Source: an uncultured delta proteobacterium (GTDB taxonomy: Bacteria > Myxococcota_A > Polyangia > Polyangiales > B10-G4). Taken from it: a stretch of DNA of 64,000 nucleotides. Below the pieces are notes generated by a model. It did not search any database. It saw only the letters and a list, made by a program, of their open reading frames with translations, and was not told the origin of the DNA. Below, piece by piece: positions 11,103 to 21,648 of the stretch (its first letter is position 1; every line of letters begins with the position of its first letter). Location of the stretch: contig CAVSGI010000027.1 of NCBI GenBank assembly GCA_963727445.1, positions 32,001-96,000 on the forward strand, in the 5' to 3' direction. Position numbers and translations under genes: made by a program.

Positions 11103-11873
11103 ATGAGCGTGCGGATGGAGAGAGCCGGCGGCGTGACGACCATCGTCCTGTCGCGACCCGAGCGGAGGAACGCCGTGAACGGCGAGACCGCGAAAGCTCT
11201 CGCCGATGCTTTTCGCGCCTTCGAGGCCGACCCGAATCAGGCGGTGGCGGTGCTGTGGGGCGAAGGCGGCACCTTCTGCGCGGGCGCCGATCTCAAGGCC
11301 ATCGCCGAAGGCGACCCAAACCGCGTGGAGCCGGACGGCGACGGTCCGATGGGCCCGACGCGCATGCATCTGAAAAAGCCCGTCATCGCGGCGGTGAGCG
11401 GTCACGCGGTCGCCGGCGGCCTCGAGCTCGCCATCTGGTGCGATCTGCGCGTGGTCGAAGAGGACGCGACCTTCGGGGTGTTCTGCCGGCGCTGGGGAGT
11501 GCCCCTGATCGATGGCGGCACCGTGCGCCTGTCGCGGATCGTCGGTCACGGTCGCGCGCTCGATCTCATCCTCACCGGTCGCGCCGTCGACGCAGAGGAA
11601 GCGCTGGCCATCGGCCTGGCCAATCGCGTGGTGCCGAAGGGCGAGGCGCGACGGGCGGCCGAGGCGCTCGCGGCGGAGATCGCGCGCCACCCGGCGGCGT
11701 GCATGAGAAACGATCGTCTCAGCGCCTACGAGGCGCTCGGGATGAACGAGGACCAGGCCATCGCCAACGAGCTCGCTCACGGGATGCGCAGCCTGGCCGA
11801 TCCGGAGATGCTCGAAGGCGTCGGGAACTTCGCCCGGGGCGCGGGACGCGGCGGCGCGGACTGGGAGCGCTGA
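11103..11873 (+). CDS. Enoyl-CoA hydratase/crotonase family protein
   Basis: FCAGADLK, KPVIAAVSGHAVAGGLELA, GVPLIDGG; GAGGAGG RBS before ATG 11103. Confidence 0.92.
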   Translation: MSVRMERAGGVTTIVLSRPERRNAVNGETAKALADAFRAFEADPNQAVAVLWGEGGTFCAGADLKAIAEGDPNRVEPDGDGPMGPTRMHLKKPVIAAVSGHAVAGGLELAIWCDLRVVEEDATFGVFCRRWGVPLIDGGTVRLSRIVGHGRALDLILTGRAVDAEEALAIGLANRVVPKGEARRAAEALAAEIARHPAACMRNDRLSAYEALGMNEDQAIANELAHGMRSLADPEMLEGVGNFARGAGRGGADWER

Positions 11874-11874
11874 A

Positions 11875-12660
11875 TCAGCGCCCTTCGTAGACCGGCTTGC
11901 GCTTCTCGTTGAAGGCCGCGACGGCCTCGAGGCGATCCTTCGACGCGAGCGTGCGCTCGTAGCAACGACGCTCGTGGAGTAGGCCAGCGTCGAGCGGCAG
12001 CTCGATGGCGCCGTCGATCGCGTCGAGGGCCGCCGCCATCGCGATGGGTGCCCCCGTCTCGAAGGTCGCGGCCATCTCGAGCGCCGCTTCGAGTGCGCCC
12101 TGCCCTTCCTTCGCCACGCGAGTGACGATGCCGGCTGCGTGGGCCTCTTCTGCGGTGAGGCGCGAGGCGAGGAGGATCAGCTCCTTGGCCTTGGCCGGCC
12201 CCACGATGTGGGTGAGGCGCTGAGTGCCGCCGGCCCCCGGGATGATGGCGAGCGAGGTCTCGGTGAGGCCGACTTTGGCGCCGGCGGCCATCACGCGAAG
12301 GTCACAGGCCAGCGCGAGCTCGAGCCCGCCGCCATAGGCCACGCCGTTGATCGCCGCGATGGTGGGCTTGTTCAGGCGGTCGAGGTAACCGAAGGACACG
12401 CGGTACAGCGACAGGAAGTCGCGCACCGCCTCCTCATCCATCGTCGTCCGCTCCTTGAGGTCTGCGCCCGCACAGAACGCGCGGTCGCCTGCGCCAGTCA
12501 CGATCACCGCCCGTAGCGAAGCGTCCTCGTGGGCCTCGCGCGCGAGCCGCCCGATCTCCCGCACCACGGCGCGGGACAGGGCGTTCATCCGGCTCTGCCG
12601 GTCGATGGTCCAGATGGCGACGGCTCCGCGTCGCTCGACACGTACTCCGTGGTCGTCCAT
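11875..12660 (-). CDS. Enoyl-CoA hydratase (methylglutaconyl-CoA hydratase-like)
   Basis: RAFCAGADLKER, AINGVAYGGGLELALACD, TETSLAIIPGAGGTQRL, AFNEKRKPVYEGR. Confidence 0.9.
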   Translation of the reverse strand: MDDHGVRVERRGAVAIWTIDRQSRMNALSRAVVREIGRLAREAHEDASLRAVIVTGAGDRAFCAGADLKERTTMDEEAVRDFLSLYRVSFGYLDRLNKPTIAAINGVAYGGGLELALACDLRVMAAGAKVGLTETSLAIIPGAGGTQRLTHIVGPAKAKELILLASRLTAEEAHAAGIVTRVAKEGQGALEAALEMAATFETGAPIAMAAALDAIDGAIELPLDAGLLHERRCYERTLASKDRLEAVAAFNEKRKPVYEGR

Positions 12661-12787
12661 GGCGACGTTTCTACGCGCTGTCGTCGAGCCGCGCCACCCC
12701 GCCGCCCCGCCATCTCCCCGGGACGTCTTCACTCCGGCTCCAGGGGACCTCAGCACTCCCGGCTCCGCGGCGTGTATCTTTTCGGGC

Positions 12788-14899
12788 GTGAGGGTGCCCT
12801 CTACCCGGACGCTGGCCATCGGCTGTGCGCTCCTCGCGACCATGGTCTTGTCGCCCACGGTCTTCGGCGACTGGATCTGGGACGACCATCAGCTCATCGC
12901 GCTCAACCCCCACGTCTCCGAATTCGATCTGTGGTTTCTGATCACGCACCACTTCTGGGACGTCCCCTTCGCGCCGCCGACGTCGATGCTCTACTACCGC
13001 CCGGTTGCGGCCGTCGGATATGCGCTGGTCTACCGCATCGGCGGCGGCGACGTTCTCTACTTCCATCTGCTGAACCTGCTGCTCCATGCGGCGTGCACCG
13101 CCCTGACGGCCACGTGGTTGGCGAGGCGGATCGACGGGGCGAACGACGCCCTCGGGCGCGCCGCGGTCGCGGCCGCCACCCTGGCGTTCGCGCTGCATCC
13201 CGCGCGCGTCCAGTCGGTGGCCTGGGCGAGCGCTTCCACGGACCTCTGGGCCACGCTCTTCATTCTGGTCGGACTCAACATCGCGGCCGGCTCCCGCAGC
13301 GCCGCGTCCCGCGTGGGCGCTGGCGTCGCCTTCGCCTTCGCCATCCTGTCCAAAGAGGTGGCCGTCGTCGCGCCCGTCCTGGTCCTCTTGGACGTGCTCC
13401 TGGTCGAAGGAAGGAAGCCCGAGCGCCTCGAAGTCGCGGGTTTCGCGGCCCCGGCGCTCCTGGCGCTCGGGGTCCGCACGGCGGTGGTCGGTTTTCGCAC
13501 CCGACCGGGAGCGTCCGCCCTCGCCGAGATCCCGCTACGCGCCACCTACAGCGTCGGCCGCTACGTGATGGACACCTTCTACCCGGTCTCGCCCACGGTC
13601 CAGATCAACGCGCCGATGGATCAACTGTGGAACCAAGAGCCCTTCACGGTCGCCACGATGGTGCTCGGCGCGCTGACCGCGGCCGCGCTCCTCGCCCTCG
13701 CGATCGTCTTCTATCGCCGACAGCGCCTTCGGCCGTGGCTCGCCGACCTCGCCTGGCTGGTGCTCCCGCTCCTTCCCGTCTTGAACATCATCGAGATCGG
13801 ACAGGGCGTCACCATCGCCAGCCGCTTGCTCTACCTCCCCCTGCTCGGGCTCACCGCCGCGAGCGCGCGCCTGTTGGTCAGGCTCTTCAACAGCCGTTTT
13901 CGCATCGCGTCCCTTTTGGTCACCGGCGCGGCCATCGTGGGTTGCGCCCTGCTCTCCACCCAGGAGATCGCACACTGGCAAGACGACGTGACCCTCGCGC
14001 GTCACTTGATGAAGCAGCGTCCCGACGATCCCGGCGTGGCGGACAACCTGGCGCGCGTGCTCTTGCGCAAAGGGGAGCTGGTGGAGGCCTACTACATCCT
14101 GTCCGAGCGCCTCGACGCACACGGAGACGCGCAGTCGGGCCAATACGCGGAGGTCACCTGGGCCTACGTCCGCCTGGCGCTGACCAGCGACTACGATCAG
14201 GAACAGCTGACGCGACTGCGCGACTTCTTCGACGAGATCGCGAGCGGTCAGCCGCCATCTCTCACGCTCCCCGAGCGCCGCCTCTCTCCGCGTCTGAGCG
14301 AGCTCGACCGAGGGGAGGTCGTGAACAACCCGACCTACGGGGATTTCTATGGCGCGTGGGGTTGGTCCCACGCACACACCGGCGACCTCCGAAGCGCGAT
14401 TCGCATCTTCGACGAAGCCCCGTCGGTCACGCGCGACAGCGCCAACGGGTGCGACCGCCGGGTTCGCGCGCGCGCCTTCGCGGCCGATTGGGACGGGGCG
14501 CTGGCGCTCCTGGAAGGTTGCGAAGCGCAGTATCCCGACGCGGCGTGGCCGCCGATCCGCGCGGCTCTCGAGCGGGGCCGCGCGTTGTGGGCGACCCCCG
14601 ACGCCGACCGCATCGAAGGCGCGGTCGCTCGGAGCCGGCTCATGAGCGACCTGGGGCTCCCCGCGCTGGGGCGCGCCATCCTCGCCCCCTTCGACGACGC
14701 GGCCGACGTGCGCCTGGTGCACGCCCGCGTCCAGGCGGACATCTCGGACGAGCGCTACGACCTGGCGCTCGAGGAGCTGGACGCGGCCATCGCCCAGATG
14801 CCCGAGGCACGCGCCGAGCTCGAAGCCGCGCGACAGCAAGTCGAGCGCTTCGTTCCTCCGGCCAACCGGCGCCGATCGCCGCCGGTCTGGGAGGACTGA
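12788..14899 (+). CDS. TMTC-like GT-C glycosyltransferase with C-terminal helical/TPR-like domain
   Basis: WDD in first loop, FWD..YYRP, FHLLNLLLH, FALHPARVQSVAW, LSKE, SRLLYLP motifs; multi-TM; start approximate. Confidence 0.78.
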   Translation: MRVPSTRTLAIGCALLATMVLSPTVFGDWIWDDHQLIALNPHVSEFDLWFLITHHFWDVPFAPPTSMLYYRPVAAVGYALVYRIGGGDVLYFHLLNLLLHAACTALTATWLARRIDGANDALGRAAVAAATLAFALHPARVQSVAWASASTDLWATLFILVGLNIAAGSRSAASRVGAGVAFAFAILSKEVAVVAPVLVLLDVLLVEGRKPERLEVAGFAAPALLALGVRTAVVGFRTRPGASALAEIPLRATYSVGRYVMDTFYPVSPTVQINAPMDQLWNQEPFTVATMVLGALTAAALLALAIVFYRRQRLRPWLADLAWLVLPLLPVLNIIEIGQGVTIASRLLYLPLLGLTAASARLLVRLFNSRFRIASLLVTGAAIVGCALLSTQEIAHWQDDVTLARHLMKQRPDDPGVADNLARVLLRKGELVEAYYILSERLDAHGDAQSGQYAEVTWAYVRLALTSDYDQEQLTRLRDFFDEIASGQPPSLTLPERRLSPRLSELDRGEVVNNPTYGDFYGAWGWSHAHTGDLRSAIRIFDEAPSVTRDSANGCDRRVRARAFAADWDGALALLEGCEAQYPDAAWPPIRAALERGRALWATPDADRIEGAVARSRLMSDLGLPALGRAILAPFDDAADVRLVHARVQADISDERYDLALEELDAAIAQMPEARAELEAARQQVERFVPPANRRRSPPVWED

Positions 14900-14904
14900 A
14901 CCGC

Positions 14905-15621
14905 TCAGATGCCGCCCAGGTCGACGCGGATACAACGATCGGCGCCGCCAGGATCCATCGCGCAGAACATGTCGGCCTGGGTCTGCTGGTCCTGCGTGGC
15001 CACGAAGACGATCACCGCGACCAGCGCAGCGACGGCCAGACCTCCACCGAGGACGGCCCACACCCAAGGCTTGGCGTACCAGGGATCCGGGGGCGGAGTG
15101 GTCAGCTCTTCCAGCTGCTCCTGGGGCAGCGCTTCGAGCGCGAGGTCGAGCGTGTCGTCCTGACCGGCCACGGCCTGCACCGTCTGCATCATGTCGTGAT
15201 AGCCGAACTTCTTGAGACGGAGCGAGTGCTCCCCTTCGTCCAGCTCGAGCTCCAGCGGCGTCTCGCCCGCGTACTCACCGTCGACGAAGACCTGCACCTC
15301 CTCGGGCGCGGTGTTGATCGTGAGCGCCATCGAGATCGCCATCATCTCGACCACCACCGAGGTCTCCACGCGTGGCCGGATGCGGAAGACGTCGGTGAAC
15401 TCGGTGTAACCGCCGCGCGACACGCGGATGGTGTGGTTGCCGGGCGCGAGCTCGAGCGGATCCATCGGCAACGTGCCCACCAGCTCGGCGTCGATGAAGA
15501 CCTCGGCGCCATCGTAATCGCCCTCGATGACCAGCGTCCCCGGCCTCTGCGCCGCGGCGGTGCTCGAGAACAGGCCGATGGCGAGCGCGAAGAGGAAGCC
15601 CGGAAACGTGCGGGAGATCAC
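14905..15621 (-). CDS. PEGA domain protein with C-terminal membrane anchor
   Basis: Two PEGA repeats (GAEVFIDAELVGTLP..GNHTIRVSRGGY; VFVDGEYAGETP..GEHSLRLKKFGY), PWYAKPWVW then TM. Confidence 0.85.
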   Translation of the reverse strand: MISRTFPGFLFALAIGLFSSTAAAQRPGTLVIEGDYDGAEVFIDAELVGTLPMDPLELAPGNHTIRVSRGGYTEFTDVFRIRPRVETSVVVEMMAISMALTINTAPEEVQVFVDGEYAGETPLELELDEGEHSLRLKKFGYHDMMQTVQAVAGQDDTLDLALEALPQEQLEELTTPPPDPWYAKPWVWAVLGGGLAVAALVAVIVFVATQDQQTQADMFCAMDPGGADRCIRVDLGGI

Positions 15622-15652
15622 GGGTTCTAGGATACGGAGGCCACGGCGGAGG

Positions 15653-16477
15653 TCAACGATGGGCCGCCCTCAGGGCCCGATACTCCGTGAGCCGGGCGCG
15701 ATACCGGCGCGGATCTCGGGCCACCTCTACCGCCCGGACGAAGGCCTGCTCCGCTTCGTCGGGGCGCCCGAGCTCGTGAAGGAGGATCCCGCGGCCCACG
15801 TGCGCCGGCGCGAAGTTCTCCCAACGCGCCACCACCCGGTCGTAGATCCGAAGCGCCTCTTCGTGACGGCCGGCGTTGATCAAGAGGGCCGCGAGGCCGA
15901 GATAGAGGCCGCGGTGCTCGGGATGCTTCGACAGGCCGTCGCGAAACGTGACCTCGGCTTTTCGCAGGTTCCCCGCCTGATAGTAGGCGAGCGCCAATGC
16001 GTTCCAGCTCTCGGCGTGGCCGGGCCCGAGCTCGACCGCCCGGGTCAGCGGGGCGATCGCCGCCTCGGGCTCTCCCCAACGCAGAAGGCGTGTCCCGAGG
16101 ACGCGATGGGGTCGGGGATCGTCGGGCGCCAGCTGCGTCGCCTGCCGATACGCGAGGGTCGCTTCGTCGTAGCGCCGCTGCAGCTCCCAGGTGAAACCGA
16201 TGCGGATGCGGGGAATGGGATCGTCGGGCCGGAGCGCCGCCACCCGTTCCCAGGCCTCACGCGCCCGGTGGGGTCGCTCGGCGTGGCTCTCCGCGTCCGC
16301 CAGCTTCACCCAGAGCGCCACGTCCTCGGGGCTGGCTTCCGCCGCCGCCCGATATTCGCGCGCGGCATCCTCGAAGCGCCCATCGTCCATGGCGCGGTTT
16401 CCCCGGGCCACCGGCCCGAGGGCGCACCCCGAGAGGACCAGCGACAGGGCGGCGGCCAACAAGCTGAGAGCCCGCAC
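15653..16477 (-). CDS. TPR-repeat lipoprotein
   Basis: LVLSGC lipobox and multiple TPR motifs. Confidence 0.8.
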   Translation of the reverse strand: MRALSLLAAALSLVLSGCALGPVARGNRAMDDGRFEDAAREYRAAAEASPEDVALWVKLADAESHAERPHRAREAWERVAALRPDDPIPRIRIGFTWELQRRYDEATLAYRQATQLAPDDPRPHRVLGTRLLRWGEPEAAIAPLTRAVELGPGHAESWNALALAYYQAGNLRKAEVTFRDGLSKHPEHRGLYLGLAALLINAGRHEEALRIYDRVVARWENFAPAHVGRGILLHELGRPDEAEQAFVRAVEVARDPRRYRARLTEYRALRAAHR

Positions 16478-16504
16478 TTGACGTCGGGTGCGCCGTTGCC
16501 GAGG

Positions 16505-16794
16505 ATGCCGACGATGACGCGCGACGTGCTTCGCGAAGTCCTCGACGCTGCCGATGGTGTCGAGGCAAACGCTGATTCGTTCGAGGTGGGTGAGGGGCAC
16601 CACGTGACCTTCTACGTCGGACAGCCGGGGCAGGCCATGGTCGTTGGCGACGTTGCGGGTGGCAAGCTCAAGGAAGGTTTCGTCGAGCTCCATACGCGTG
16701 AGACGAAGACCACGACCTTCCTGGACTACGACGCAATTCACGGCGTCGCCACCCGGCCGCCGAAAGAAGAGGAGAAACGTCGCGCCGGGTTTGC

Positions 16795-16798
<4 letters not shown>
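16505..16798 (+). CDS. Small hypothetical protein coupled to the PilR-like gene
   Basis: 98-codon ORF; stop overlaps the next ATG (ATGA). Confidence 0.65.
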
Positions 16799-18180
<1,382 letters not shown>

Positions 18181-18210
18181 CCCGTCACGGCCCCGTGGTA
18201 GACTGAGCGC

Positions 18211-18226
18211 TGGCCCCGACATTGCA
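18211..18226 (+). promoter_or_regulatory. Sigma54 -24/-12 promoter for pilin 1
   Basis: TGGCCCCGACATTGCA, GG-N10-GC; AGAGGT RBS and ATG 18252 follow. Confidence 0.7.
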
Positions 18227-18251
18227 TCGTCGCCGGTCGTCCAGAGGTAAC

Positions 18252-18779
18252 ATGCTGCGTCCCCGCCCTCGCTACGCCGGATTCACGCTCATCGAGTTGA
18301 TGATCGTGGTGGCCATCATCGGCGTTCTCTCCGCCATCGCGATCCCCTCCTTTCGCGCGTACATGATGAAGGCGAAGGTGACAGAGGCGACGACGTTCCT
18401 CGGGGAGATCAAGCAGCGCCAGGAGACCTACCGGGCGGAATTCGGCCAGTACTGCGCCGTGAGCGGGACCACCTCCATCACCGCCTACAATCCCACCGCC
18501 GTCCCCTCCGCCGGCATTCCGGTCGGATGGCCCGCGTCGACCGCGTGGTCTGCCCTGGGCGCCGCCCCGGACGGAGACGTGCGCTTTCGCTATGCGACGA
18601 TCGCCGGAAACCCAGGCTCTGTCCCGGCCTTTGGAAGCGGGCTCGGCTTCACAGGCAACGACTTCTGGTTCGTCTCCCAGGCCCAGGCCGACCTCGATGG
18701 AGACGGCACGAACCTCACGGTGGAGTCCTACTCCGAGAGCAGCGGGGTCTACGTGTCGGCGCCCGCCGGCTGGGAGTGA
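18252..18779 (+). CDS. Type IV prepilin 1
   Basis: [18 protein letters not shown]-methylation motif with E5; C-terminal ADLDGDG. Confidence 0.92.
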   Translation: MLRPRPRYAGFTLIELMIVVAIIGVLSAIAIPSFRAYMMKAKVTEATTFLGEIKQRQETYRAEFGQYCAVSGTTSITAYNPTAVPSAGIPVGWPASTAWSALGAAPDGDVRFRYATIAGNPGSVPAFGSGLGFTGNDFWFVSQAQADLDGDGTNLTVESYSESSGVYVSAPAGWE

Positions 18780-18783
18780 TGGG

Positions 18784-18830
18784 TGACGAAAATCGTCACC
18801 CATGCCCGGCGAAAGTGACGACGGGCGTCA
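18784..18830. promoter_or_regulatory. Two TGACG-N5-CGTCA palindromes (candidate enhancer/UAS)
   Basis: TGACGAAAATCGTCA 18784-18798 and TGACGACGGGCGTCA 18816-18830, 32 bp apart, upstream of a sigma54 promoter. Confidence 0.65.
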
Positions 18831-18880
18831 GGAAGTGGCCGCGAGCCGCCGGATCAGGGGAAGATTTCCGTGACATGACG

Positions 18881-18895
18881 GGCACGGCGATTGCA
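18881..18895 (+). promoter_or_regulatory. Sigma54 -24/-12 promoter for the major pilin
   Basis: GGCACGGCGATTGCA, near-consensus. Confidence 0.85.
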
Positions 18896-18961
18896 GAATC
18901 CCGTCGATGCGGGGTGCCCGCAAACAGGTCTTTTGGGGGAACAAAGGGAGAACAGCGAACA

Positions 18962-19528
18962 ATGCGCAAGCTCATGAGAAAGAAAGCGGGTTTCACGCTC
19001 ATCGAGCTGATGATCGTCGTCGCCATCATCGGCATCCTGGCCGCCATCGCGCTGCCGGCCTTCATCGGCTACGTGCGTAGGTCGAAGACCTCCGAGGCGA
19101 CGAGCAACCTGAAGTCGCTCTTCACGGGCGCGACCAGCTACTACAACCAGGAGCGTTCGGCGCGCGGGCTTTCGGCGTCGACCTCGGGCTTCTGCACCGT
19201 GTCCGCGTCTGGCGGCGTCGTCCCGGCCACCGTTCCGATAGGCGTGAAGACGGTCAACGACTACAGCACGAATGGGTCCTTCCGCGACCTCGGCTTCTCC
19301 ATCGCCGACCCGCACTACTTCTCGTACGGCATCGCCGTCTCGAGCGCCGCTTGCGGCGTCACCGCACCGGGCGGCGTCTACTCGTTCTCGGCGGTCGGCG
19401 ACCTCGATGGCGACGCCGCCGGAAGCGTGGGAGCGAACACCAGCCTCTTCGAGCTAGCAGTCGGGATCAACTCCAACAAGGAGATGTACCGAGCGCGCGG
19501 TTTCTACGTCACCGCTGAGCTCGAGTAA
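18962..19528 (+). CDS. pilA: Type IV major pilin (prepilin 2)
   Basis: Short basic leader [30 protein letters not shown], own sigma54 promoter, downstream terminator, two Cys, GDLDGD. Confidence 0.88.
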   Translation: MRKLMRKKAGFTLIELMIVVAIIGILAAIALPAFIGYVRRSKTSEATSNLKSLFTGATSYYNQERSARGLSASTSGFCTVSASGGVVPATVPIGVKTVNDYSTNGSFRDLGFSIADPHYFSYGIAVSSAACGVTAPGGVYSFSAVGDLDGDAAGSVGANTSLFELAVGINSNKEMYRARGFYVTAELE

Positions 19529-19560
19529 CTTCGAGCGCACCCGGACGCAGCAAGACAGTC

Positions 19561-20157
19561 ATGTCGAACGCCAAGACTCCTCATGCCGAACGGTGTGGGG
19601 AGTCTTTTCCTTTTGGTCGTGGGCGCCACCGCCGCTCTGGGTTCACCCTCATCGAGCTGATGATCGTGGTTGCGATCATCGGGATTCTAGCCGCCATAGC
19701 CCTGCCGGCGTTTCGCAGCTACATCCTGCGCTCCAAGACCTCCGAGGCCACGGCCAACCTCAAGCAGCTCTTCCAGGGGGCGGCGACGTACTACGTATCC
19801 GAGCGCGCCGGCCAGGGGATCTCCTCGTCGGTGTCGGGAAGCTGCACCGTCGGCTCGACGAGCGGAACGCTCCCGGCGACGCCGACGTCACAGAAGCAGC
19901 TCGTGAACTTCACCACCGAGGCCAACTTCCAGGATCTCACCTTCAGCGTGGCCGACCCGGTGTTCTTCGCATATGGCATCAACTCGGCCGGCTCCGCCTG
20001 CAACAACTCCGCCAGCACACCCCTGTACTCGTTCCGTGCCGTGGGCGATCTGGACGGAGACGGCGCCACCAGCCTCTTCGAGCTCGCCGCGGGCAGCAAC
20101 TCCAGCAACGAGCTCTACCGCGCCCGCGGCTTCTACGTCTCGAACGAGCTCGAATAG
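19561..20157 (+). CDS. Type IV prepilin 3, close paralog of pilin 2
   Basis: [25 protein letters not shown]; colinear with pilin 2 through [11 protein letters not shown]; 27-aa leader. Confidence 0.88.
   Translation: MSNAKTPHAERCGESFPFGRGRHRRSGFTLIELMIVVAIIGILAAIALPAFRSYILRSKTSEATANLKQLFQGAATYYVSERAGQGISSSVSGSCTVGSTSGTLPATPTSQKQLVNFTTEANFQDLTFSVADPVFFAYGINSAGSACNNSASTPLYSFRAVGDLDGDGATSLFELAAGSNSSNELYRARGFYVSNELE
19573..19614 (+). terminator. Rho-independent terminator after pilA, inside the pilin 3 leader codons
   Basis: AAGACTCCTCATGCC-GAAC-GGTGTGGGGAGTCTT 15-bp stem (3 G-U pairs) followed by TTCCTTTT. Confidence 0.75.
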
Positions 20158-20259
20158 TCCAGGCAGAGAGCGAATGCTAGTGCCTGGTCCAATGACGTAG
20201 AAGGGTTCTCGCTCGTTCGTCGGCCACCCCCAGCCGCTGGGGCTCGGCTTGGAGGAGAG

Positions 20260-20775
20260 ATGAGGCAGCGCAGTCCCCACGAGTCTCCTGGTTCGCCGAT
20301 CGCCAGGACGCGCGCGTTCATTCGTGCGATCCGTGAGGAACGGGATCTGGCGGGGGGACTCATCGCAGGGCTCGTTGTGACGTTCATGCTGCTCTCTGCC
20401 CTCTTGCCTGTCTCGTCGACGGTGCGGGACGTCGGGCTCGCGCGCTTCCATCGAAAGCTCCCCTTCGAGCTCTGGGCGACGCTGCAGCCGTGGCCCGCGA
20501 TGTACAACTTCGAGAACGTCGTCTACATGGGCGCGACGCCGGATCCGCGCATTGCTCCGGCGCACCTGCAACCACCGTTGGTGGTCAACCACCACAGCAC
20601 CGAGCGCGTTACGACCATCCTGCGGGACAATCCACCTCGACCAGGGACCGGCTGCGGCTTCTTCCTCCTCGTCAGCAGCTACGAGGGTCAGGAGATGAGG
20701 ACGGCCTACGTCGCCTGTCCGGTCTCCGAGAGCGAGTACAGGATGGAGGAATTCGTCGGTGAGGCCCGGCCTTGA
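20260..20775 (+). CDS. Hypothetical membrane-anchored protein, partner of the HTTM-like gene
   Basis: GGAGGAG RBS, one TM, WATLQPWPAMYNFEN and VNHH motifs; stop overlaps next start. Confidence 0.7.
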   Translation: MRQRSPHESPGSPIARTRAFIRAIREERDLAGGLIAGLVVTFMLLSALLPVSSTVRDVGLARFHRKLPFELWATLQPWPAMYNFENVVYMGATPDPRIAPAHLQPPLVVNHHSTERVTTILRDNPPRPGTGCGFFLLVSSYEGQEMRTAYVACPVSESEYRMEEFVGEARP

Positions 20776-21638
20776 CTCGACTTCGGCCGGAGGTGCGCCT
20801 CGCCTATCGTGTGGTCGCCGCCTCTACCATCGCGGCGTGGTGGGCCCGTGGGACGACGGTGGTGCAGTGGTATCAGGCGCACCTCTCGCGCGTTCACGTC
20901 AGCGATGACTACTTTCCGCCCTGGCTCACCGACGCGCACGTCCTGCCGTGGCTCTACCTCTTGCCCACCTTCATCGGCCTCGTGGGCCTCGCGTTTCCCT
21001 TGCGCGCGATCGCAACCGCCCACGCACTGAGCCTCGTCGTCTGCTCCTTCACGATGCTCATCCATCAGGTGTCGCTCGCGTTTCAGGGTGCGAATACGTC
21101 GCTTTGGGCCGGCGTCTTCCTTCTCTGGCTCTGCGCTCGAGCAGACGCCGAGGAAGTCAGCTTTCGCCTACGGGCCGCCTTCATCCTGCAGCTCATCGTG
21201 GGAATGGTTTTCCTGGGTGGCGCTGCCGGGAAGTGGACCGCCGGATACTGGAACGGCGAAGTCCTCTTTCACCTGATGTTCATGTATCAGGACTCCCCCA
21301 AGTGGGTGTGGCTCCGTGAGAGCTTCGACCTCGAGACGCTTCGCGAGGCGGCAATCTACTACAGCCGCGCCGTCGTCATTGGAGAGACCCTGATGGCGAC
21401 CGTTCCACTTTGGCCGGCAGCGTGGGCCTTTCGAGGGGCGACACTGGGAGTGCTCTGTATGTGGGCCGGGGCCACCCCCCGCGTCTTCGACGCTCTCGGG
21501 CCGGTACTGGGGCTCTGCATTGCCGGCTGGCTTCTGACCAGGCCACCAAACGCGAAGCCCCTGCCGCGCCAAGAGACCTTTGATGGCACGCCAGCATCGT
21601 CCGAAGCAGGGGATGCACATCCGTTGCCGCGACAATGA
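20772..21638 (+). CDS. Multi-pass membrane protein, HTTM/SdpB-like
   Basis: About 7 TM; LQLIVGMVFLGGAAGKWTAGYWNG resembles the HTTM Q..Y/F..G..K...W..G motif. Confidence 0.55.
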   Translation: MTRLRPEVRLAYRVVAASTIAAWWARGTTVVQWYQAHLSRVHVSDDYFPPWLTDAHVLPWLYLLPTFIGLVGLAFPLRAIATAHALSLVVCSFTMLIHQVSLAFQGANTSLWAGVFLLWLCARADAEEVSFRLRAAFILQLIVGMVFLGGAAGKWTAGYWNGEVLFHLMFMYQDSPKWVWLRESFDLETLREAAIYYSRAVVIGETLMATVPLWPAAWAFRGATLGVLCMWAGATPRVFDALGPVLGLCIAGWLLTRPPNAKPLPRQETFDGTPASSEAGDAHPLPRQ

Positions 21639-21648
21639 GTCCGGCGCT

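Noticed and set aside
12529..15630. Very long alternative ORFs (e.g. 12529-15630, 34952-37699, most of 52564-56034)
   Set aside because: Arg/Pro/Gly-rich shadow frames typical of high-GC DNA overlapping well-supported genes
18962..20157. Pilin 2/3 similarity as a diversity-generating retroelement TR/VR pair
   Set aside because: Differences are not adenine-specific, include indels and synonymous changes, and no reverse transcriptase is present
20159..20242. Short hairpins after pilin 3 (CCAGGCA/TGCCTGG; CCCCAGC/GCTGGGG) as terminator or riboswitch
   Set aside because: 7-bp stems with no U-tract or recognisable aptamer; expected by chance at this GC
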